Positions 54,831 to 64,000 of a stretch of DNA of 64,000 nt are shown one piece after another; positions within the stretch are counted from its first letter, which is position 1, and each line of letters begins with the position of its first letter. Below the pieces are notes generated by a model, which was given only the letters and a program-made list of their open reading frames with translations, ran no database searches and had not been told where the DNA came from. The DNA is from Eledone cirrhosa. Lineage: Eukaryota. The stretch spans positions 3,596,001-3,660,000 of the forward strand of contig OZ024747.1 of NCBI GenBank assembly GCA_964016885.1, given 5' to 3'. Made by a program: the position numbers and the translations under genes.

Positions 54831-55999
54831 ATATATATATATATATATATAACGGAGGAGTTGTGGTAAGGAACCAGATGGACCATAATGCACCAGAGTA
54901 CTCAATACTTAGGGTAGTAGAGTGGGAAATAAGAGAGAGTATGACCCCGACGGCAGAGCTCAAGCCATTTCGATGGCTATTTCTGGACTGAAATAGCCTA
55001 TATCATCATCATTTTACGTCCGCTTCTCCCTGCTTGCATATATATATAATAGAGAGAGAGAGAGCGATATTGGGAATTACCAGTTTAGACAAGTAAGACC
55101 ATGTTTAGCTGAGTACTCAATACTTGGTAAAGTAGAGTGGATGTATTGTAAAGTGTTAGTGCCTGAAGACTGAGTTGTTGCAGTTTTGACGGTGAATAGA
55201 TAATGTCCATGACATGAGCTCAGCTGTCAGGCTTTGACTCTCTACAATATATATATATCAATGTCATGTCTGCTTTTCCATGCTCGTGTGGGTTAGATAT
55301 ATATATAAATATATATATGTACATAAATATACCATTACTCAACAGAGTACTTAATACTTGGGGTAGTAGAGTAGGGTTATATTATAAAGAGTCGGGACCC
55401 GTTGAAATGGCAAGAGCTCAGCAGTCGGTGCCCAACTCTTTATAATATATACACATATATATATATATATGTATAGAGAGAGAGAGAGAGAGAGAGAGAG
55501 AAGGAAGGAAGGAGAGAGAGAGGTCGAAGGAGAAAAAGAGATACATACATGCACATTCAGACATTCAACCAAGTGATATTCTAAATTGTCATTTGACCTG
55601 CTATAAGTAGCAGTCAAACACCCCTCCTCAAATCACATTTTACCATCTTAGAAAAAGAACCTGTTGGATAATGAGGTCCTAGTTATACTGTACATAGGAA
55701 AACATCGGGCTGTTAATGACTGAAATGGCTTTGATCAGAGGTCTACTTGTCCAGAGCTGACCTAGGGTTAAACAACACTCATGTACAGGTAAAAACATAC
55801 ACATGCTTATTTACCTGTGTGACTTATCCACTGATATATCAATAAATTTCTCTAGTTCATTGTTATTAGGTTTTATTTATGTACACTGAATACCTCTGGC
55901 CTGCCATCTACACCTGTTCTATACCTCATGTGTATCTCTCTCCCTCTCTCACAACTTCACCAACAGGAGTTTTGGTATTGTTTATTCCTATGTTTTCTT

Positions 56000-56942
56000 G
56001 AAATCAAAAGGACTGATCCTGAAATCTACAACTCTTTCCTACAATCAGACCTGGACACAATGCAGCAATGGATCACAGACTGGCAAGTGAAGCTGGCTGT
56101 GGACAAGTGTACCACCATGCATTTTGGGAGAAAAAATCCAGCATCCACATACTCCCTCCACAACACTGATATCAAGAAGTCCTCTTGTGAACGTGACCTG
56201 GGCATTACTGTCAGCAGCGATTTGCGTTGGACAAAGCATGTCTCTAAGATTGTCAAGAAGGCCGAGGGTGTCTTGGCATCACTCAGCAAGACCTTTGTTA
56301 GCCGCTCTCCAGCCATCTATTTAAAGCTGTATACAGCTATGGTATGACCACACTTGGAATTCGCATCAACAGTCTGGAACCCCTATCTTGCTCAGAACAT
56401 TAACCTCCTCGAAACTCTTCAGAGACGTGCAACCAAGTGCATACCCTCCATCAGACACCTACCATACTCTGAACGCCTTGCTTCCCTGGGCATGGATTTA
56501 TTGAAGCTCCTACGTCTGGCAATGGACTTGGTAAACACCCACAAAGTTGTTAACCATCTTGCCAACAACAACCCTGAGCACCTTTTTGATCTCCATGTGT
56601 CTAACACACGTGGACATGCCTACAATGTCAGAAAACAGCACAACTCCCATGACTTTCGTAAACATTTTTTCACGCTCAGAGTTGCTGAAGCATGGAACAA
56701 ACTGCCTGCATCAGTTGTTAGCTGTCGAGAGACTGCATCCTTTAAAACCCTCATGCTTCCCGAAATTCGCCCAAACTACACCTGATGTCCCCCTTCCATA
56801 CACATGCACACGTGTATATCATGACTCATGCACTGTTCATTTTTCTGACGTTTGTACATTACCCTATGTACTATACATACACTTTTTGATGAGTTGTAGT
56901 GCACCTGAGCACTGTACACAATATTTCATTATTATTATTATT
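56000..56942 (+). pseudogene. 5'-truncated CR1-clade LINE (RT C-terminus/thumb, 3' UTR, (ATT)n tail)
   Basis: Motifs LQSDLD..W...WQVKL..DKC, ERDLGITV, LYTAMV*PHLEFASTVWNPY, QRRATK, TRGH and FFTLRVAEAWNKLP. CGA>TGA stop near 56345. Further 3' UTR pieces at 15670-15740 and 37285-37345. Confidence 0.92.
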
Positions 56943-57728
56943 TTAAATTATCTGTTTATGTCATCTCTCAATAACTCATGCCAGCATGGAAGAACTGATG
57001 TTGGTGATGGCATGAGTACATATATATATCATCATCATCATCATCATCTTCGTTTAACGTCCATTTTCCATGCTAGCATGGGTATATATGTATATCATAT
57101 ATATATATATATATCATCATATATTTACTAGCACTAACATGCTATTTTAAAGATAGCATTTTAACAATTACATAAATGCATTCACACGCACACACACATA
57201 TATATATAATATATATATACACTCACACATACACACACACATATCATCATCATATTCACCATTTTACATTTATGTTCCATGCTTGATTGAGTTAGAATGG
57301 TTGTCATATTCTGAGACAATTCAGATAACTATGTATTGCTCAAATGTTCAATTCTAGTATAGTTTCTATGGCTGGATGCCCTTTCTAATGCCAACGTCAC
57401 ATAGTGTACTGGATGTGCTTTATACATACTGACATAGATATATTATATGTATATGTACACATGTGTGTGTGTGTGTGTGTGTGATCTTCGTGTTACATCT
57501 GCAAATATTTCTATCTTGACAAACTGAAATGAGCTTTGTATCTAAATTTCAAACCACTTCCCATTTCATGTAATATATATATATAAATATATATATGTAT
57601 AAATATAACTATATATATATATATACATAAATACATATATATATATATATATAATTAATGTGGGATGCTTAAAGCGTCCGTATGCGGTAGACCGTTTGAG
57701 CACTCAATGCTCTTACAGAGCAGAGTAT

Positions 57729-58011
57729 TATATCACATAAGAAACTGAGAATCAGTGTTGCGACGAATAAAATTTATTAAACATATTACAATCGTTTCTC
57801 TTGAGACACGATCGATGTAATGATCAAACCTGACTCTGAAATCGCAAGGTCCTCAGATACATAGAATCGAGACGTATCTGAGCACCTTGCGATTTCAGAG
57901 TTAAGTTCGATCCTTACATAGATCGTGCTTCAAGCTGGTCGCCAAAGAAACGATTGTAATATGTCTAATAAATTTCATTCATCGGAACACTGATTCTCAG
58001 TTTCTTATGTG

Positions 58012-58016
<5 letters not shown>
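57729..58016. repeat. Diverged palindrome with about 130-140-bp arms in a (TA)n context
   Basis: ATCACATAAGAAACTGAGAATCAGTGTT pairs with AACACTGATTCTCAGTTTCTTATGTGAT. The arms differ by substitutions and one indel. The right arm has GAAAC-GATT-GTA and AATAAA. Confidence 0.92.
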
Positions 58017-58047
<31 letters not shown>

Positions 58048-59139
58048 AATAAAAAATGATAACCACAGCGATACACAATCAATAAGCATTAGTAGGTCCC
58101 CGTTTTTAAAGAAAGAGAGAAAAAATAAGTTGAATGTATTGGGCTTTAGCCCTTCGCCTGGAGAGTACAAGTTGACAGATTATATATAAATTAGAAAGAA
58201 AAAAATGGAAAATAGAAGAAAAGGGACATGTGAGTGTGTGTGGGTTTGTTTTAATCTTTTGTGTATATCACTGTAAAGTGGTCGGGTTGGTGCCACAATA
58301 AAAAGCTCCTAGTGCATATATTTATATATATATATACATAGATATGTATACACACATCATCATCATTGATTAACGTCTATCTTCCACGCCAGCATGGGTT
58401 AGACGGGTTTGTCCCATTCAGAGGCAAGTTGGGTCGAATGACCGTGTCTCGCTCATATAGGAGAGTTTCTGGCTAGTTTTCTACAGCTGGTTGCCCTTCC
58501 TAATGCCAACCACATTGAGAGTGTGGGCTGGGTGTTATATATATATATATAAATACATATACACACATATATTTTATGTATATGTGTATATGTATTTGTG
58601 TGTATATGTATTTATATGTATATGTATTTATATGTATATGTATTTATGTGTACATATACAAAGTCATAGACATATACATTTCTTTATCAAATGAGACACA
58701 ACTAAAGACTCATAAAAAATCTTCCTGAAGCAACGCCTTGGAAAATATATTGTAGTGTTTTTTTGAGTTGCCTACTCCAAGAATTGAACTAAACACTTGG
58801 TAATTATACCATGCTCCTGCCATTTACAACATCGAGTTCTACCTAACCTTGGTGCTTATTTACAGATTGTGAAACTGCTTATAGAAATGTAGAGTGTTTT
58901 GGACAGAAACCTAGGAATGTATTAAATATGAGGTACAAATATTTGATCTCAAAGCATTACACTATTGATTTGCTCAGCTACAACATCCATTGCACATCTT
59001 ATACATAGAAACTGATCAATTTATCTGTCTTCTGATATACAATGGTGTGTGTGTATGTGTATATATATATACACGCAGACAGACAGAAACCATACATACT
59101 CATGCATATATTTCTCTTTCTCTTTATACACACACAGAC

Positions 59140-59176
<37 letters not shown>

Positions 59177-59889
59177 GAGAGAGAGGGATAGATAGATACA
59201 CATATACATATATACACACATATACATACATCTATATACACACATATACAAATATATATACATAGAGAGATATATACACATACATGTGCATGCAGAAACC
59301 CACACACATCATCACCGTTTAACGTCCATTCTTCCACGCTAGCATGGGTTACACAGATTGTCCTGTTGTGGGCAATGCCAGGTCAGGTGACCATGTCTTT
59401 CTCATACTGGAACTGATTTTGGCTTGATTTCTACAGCTGGATGTCCTTCCTAACACCAACCTCATTTATAGTGAGTGCTGGACACTTGATGTTGTGACAC
59501 CTACACGACCACCTAACAGTGGGGAGGGGCATACAGTCTATATGCTTCAGCTTCGGCTTGTACTCGTGGGAAGTCATGCCTTCTGTGTTACTGCATAACA
59601 CCAGAGGTCTCGGTTCTGTGTCATCACCTTTGAGATGTGCAATTTGGCAAGGTCAGCTTTTATCACCTCACACACACACACATATATATTCAAAATGTGT
59701 GCGCCCCAATGCCTAAATGCCTGTCAAGTAGTTGGTTCCTATCAATATTGAATAAAATCTGATAAAGTACCCTTGCTACTTCCAGGGGTACTTTATACAA
59801 TTTTGTCACTTCTTTCTTTGCTTTCATGTTGTCATTCACATCGTTGTTTTCTTTTTTTTTTCTTTCCTACTCTCTTTCTTCCTCTCTCT

Positions 59890-59925
59890 ACCATCTGACG
59901 AAGGGCATAACCCAAAATGATACAT
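59890..59925 (+). ncRNA. Decayed minimal hammerhead-like motif
   Basis: CTGACGA-aGGGcataaCCC-AAAA. Stems I and III are not conserved. Confidence 0.35.
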
Positions 59926-59981
59926 ATTGACTTTTGCTCAAATCTTCTCTAGTATTCTGTCTCTTCATTCACTATATATAT

Positions 59982-60210
59982 GTGAAGGTGCATAGCTTAG
60001 TGGTTAGAGGATTGGGCTTGCAATTGAGAAGTTGTGAGTTTGATTCTCGGACTGGGTGATGTGTTGTGTCCTTGAGCAAGACACTTTATTTTTTGTGGTC
60101 CCCCTTTACTCATCTGTAGAAATGAGTTGTGACATCACAGGTGCCAAGTTTACTCAGCTGTAGAAATGAGTTGTGACATCACTGGTGCCAAACTGTATTG
60201 GCCATTGGAT
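59982..60210 (+). mobile_element. SINE B-related 5' part
   Basis: TAGCTTAGTGGTTAGAG...GTGAGTTTGATTCTC...CCTTGAGCAAGACACTTTA. Confidence 0.8.
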
Positions 60211-61228
60211 ATATTGTCAAAGACCAATCACTACTTAATTGAATCTACTGACATTTCAAACAGGCTGAGATGCTGCTTATTGCTTACATGCACTCTCCCA
60301 GTGTACAAAGTACACCTGGTGCACTTTATTGTAGCACCAGTACTAGGGAGGTTGTCATGTCTTCCACACAACTCAAGAATCCTACTAATCCTTTTTTTAG
60401 CAGGTTTTCTCTGGCTGTATGCCCTTACTAACATCAACCAATTTACAAGCTGTAATGGATGCGTTTTCATGTAAATCACTAAAACTAGAGAGGTCATGTG
60501 CCCTTCACATAGCTTCTTCTTCAGTATGAGATTGTTGCTTTCTCAGATTGTTGTTGTTTGCCTGATTGAGATCAAACATCAATGATCAGGTTCCAAGGCC
60601 CACCATGAGGAGATTAATAACTTGGCCCCCTTTACATAGCTGAAATGTTCTCTCAAAGTTTTTTTGTCATATTACCATCATCATCTTCACCATGTAACAT
60701 TTATTTTTGTATGTATATATATATATTTGCATTTATATATGTATATATATATATAGATAGATAACGGTGTTTATACATATATTTTGATATACATCTTCTC
60801 ATCTTTACCCAATTATTCCTGGGAGGGTCACGGGGGCAGAGTCCTCAAACACTCTTTCCAGCAGGCTCTGTCAGAAGCAACTGCATCTCATTGATACAGC
60901 TGGGTCCCCAAGCAAGACAAATCAAGCTCATAGATGTTATCCAGCCCCTGATTCTCCTGCTGTTTGGCTTTGCCCATAAGTCTGCCCAGCGATTCTTTCT
61001 TGAGACATTTTAAGCACATGTCTGTAACAACAGACTTGTGATCTCTCAATTCAGAGAGACTATGATTTCTAACCTAGGGCCTTCTCACTCTTGTTAGAGG
61101 AAACCCTCCCTGGTCGAGGTCTACCACTTTCTGTTTGGTTTTGGTCATGTCAAGGGTGTAACCGTACTCACTATGCTTGGCCAATTGCAGGTTGGTGAGA
61201 ATATATATATATATATATATATATATTT

Positions 61229-61351
61229 ATTTATTATTAGTAGAGATTAAAGTTTAAGCAAAGAATTTCTGATTTCACCCATTACATGATCTTCTGATAG
61301 GGTGAAAGAAGAAATTCTTTGCTTAAACTTTAATCTGTACTAATAATAAAT
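61229..61351. repeat. Palindrome (about 50-bp arms) adjacent to (TA)n
   Basis: AGATTAAAGTTTAAGCAAAGAATTTCT pairs with AGAAATTCTTTGCTTAAACTTTAATCT. Confidence 0.9.
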
Positions 61352-61654
61352 GGTTGCTCTATGGGTTTATATATACTTATATATATATATATATATATAT
61401 ACAATCCTTATCTTCGAATTTTGGTCTTTGGATTTATTATTACTTTATATATATATATTATTATTTCTATATATATATATATATGCTATTCCTGTGTATA
61501 TTTCTGTTATATTGTTAACCCCTCTCAGCCCTTCAACTGACAGTATTATCACAGGTTCTGCTGATATACGTCCATATTATGAAATATATTGCAATACATT
61601 CTTTTGTTTGTTTTAACTTTTATTTCAATGTCCAATCCTCTGTTTATTACATGT

Positions 61655-61919
61655 ACAGACACATACAGATGCACCTACAGACACATACAGATGCACCTAC
61701 AGACACATACAGATGCACCTACAGGCACATACAGATGCACCTACAGGCACATACAGATGCACCTACAGGCACATACAGATGCACCTACAGGCACATACAG
61801 ATGCACCTACAGACACATACAGATGCACCTACAGGCACATACAGATGCACCTACAGACACATACAGATGCACCTACAGGCACATACAGATGCACCTACAG
61901 ACACATACAGATGCACCTA
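61655..61919. repeat. 22-bp tandem repeat, 12 copies
   Basis: Unit ACAG(A/G)CACATACAGATGCACCT. Confidence 0.95.
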
Positions 61920-62377
61920 GCTATATCTATTTATACATCTCTCACTCTTTCCTCTCCTCTCCCCTCCTCTATCACTCTCCAGATATCTTTTTACCTACCT
62001 ACACCTCTGATTTGCAGTCTTTACATCTCTCTCTCTCTCTCTAATATATATATATATATATGAGAGTATATATATATATATATATATATGAGAGTATATA
62101 TATATATATATATATATGAGAGTATATATATATATATATATATATATATGAGGGTATATATATATATGAGGGTATATATATATATAACGTGACATCTGCC
62201 ATATAGATATACACACACATTTATATATTTACTGACATATCTACCTGTCTCTCTATCTACATAGCTATTTGTCTACATATCTACTTGTTTATCCATCTAT
62301 CTTTCTTTATATATATATATAAATATATATATATATACACACACACATGTATATATATATATACATATATATATATG

Positions 62378-62895
<518 letters not shown>

Positions 62896-62959
62896 AATTG
62901 GAAAGACCAACGGAAACATTGTTCCCTCGGTCCGATTTGACGAAAGTCGATCGTTCCTT

Positions 62960-63025
<66 letters not shown>

Positions 63026-63809
63026 TATATGTATATATATATATATATATACATATATGTATATATATATATAACTATTAACTTATCATGCTTCCTACTT
63101 ATCTGCTTACCTACACATCTATCAATGTCATAAAACATAATATATCCACCAATATTTAAACGATATCAATCCTATTTAAATTGATTTATATTCCAATATA
63201 ATGTCACCTGTTCTATAATTATTAGTAAACATATTAAAATTTTTTTTTTCCCATCTTCTACCTATTTCCGTTTTAAGCTAGATTTTTCTATTTTTCATCT
63301 TTTTTTTTTTTCTACCAGTAATGAAGATCCACTCCTACCCTTCTCTTATCCTCTTGAAAAGTTGATGAAAAAAATTATGAGAAAAATTCCTTCCCCAATA
63401 AATGCTGAACAATTATAAAATATTTTTCATTCAAGTAGAAAAAAAAACTAATAAAAAATGAAGATATTTGGTACTAAATCTATCTATTTCTCCAGAAATA
63501 TAATGTTATGTTCTCCTGAGAAATATTAAACCCAAGTTTTTCTAAGAGAAATGGAAAAATGAGAAGAATAAAAAAGATAATAATAATAATAATAATAATA
63601 AAAACTTCAGATAGGATGATTGAAGATTTTTGCTTCAAAAATATATGAAGAGATTTTTTTGGGGTTTGGTTGAGTTTCGGTCTGTGTTTGTTTTGTTTTT
63701 TAAGGGTTTGGTTTCTTGTTTTTTATCTTTTTCTTTTAATTTTTCTCTTCCAATTTTCGCAATAAATGTTAGATGAAACCTGTCAATGCTATCTTTCTCT
63801 CTTTGTATG

Positions 63810-63866
<57 letters not shown>

Positions 63867-64000
63867 ATTTATATATATATATATGTGTGTGTATGCATAT
63901 TTATAATATATCTGTATATCTACCTATATATCTGTGTGTGTATGTATGCATATTAATATTATATCTATATATATCTGTATATCTACACAAACATATATAT

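Noticed and set aside
62910-62956. Type II hammerhead (GAAAC...GTC...TTGACGA), also CTGATGAG at 5596
   Set aside because: Only 4 nt separate GTC from the core, so stem I cannot form. It is probably a hairpin in the SINE 3' region.
63318-63418. Plus-strand terminal exon after a T-rich acceptor (NEDPLLPFSYPLEKLMKK...)
   Set aside because: Short, no homology recognised and no supported upstream exons.

Overview
This is AT-rich, repeat-saturated animal genomic DNA with a 200-N gap at 27871-28070. The SINE/LINE repertoire and dense (TA)n/(CA)n/(CAT)n microsatellites resemble an octopus or other coleoid cephalopod genome (inference). No intact protein-coding gene can be identified, and almost all long ORFs in the track are microsatellite or satellite artefacts. 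Recognisable content: decayed RTE-clade and CR1-clade LINE fragments, two tRNA-derived SINE families (one sharing its 3' tail with the RTE LINE), piggyBac-type TTAA MITEs, and four large tandem arrays. The most interesting signal is non-coding. About ten type I hammerhead-ribozyme motifs, five with an intact catalytic core and stem I, lie in short non-coding elements that are mostly embedded in (TA)n tracts. Several sit in long head-to-head fold-back palindromes. This architecture matches Penelope-like element pseudo-LTRs or non-LTR retrozymes. A few possible minus-strand exons near the left end are noted with low confidence.
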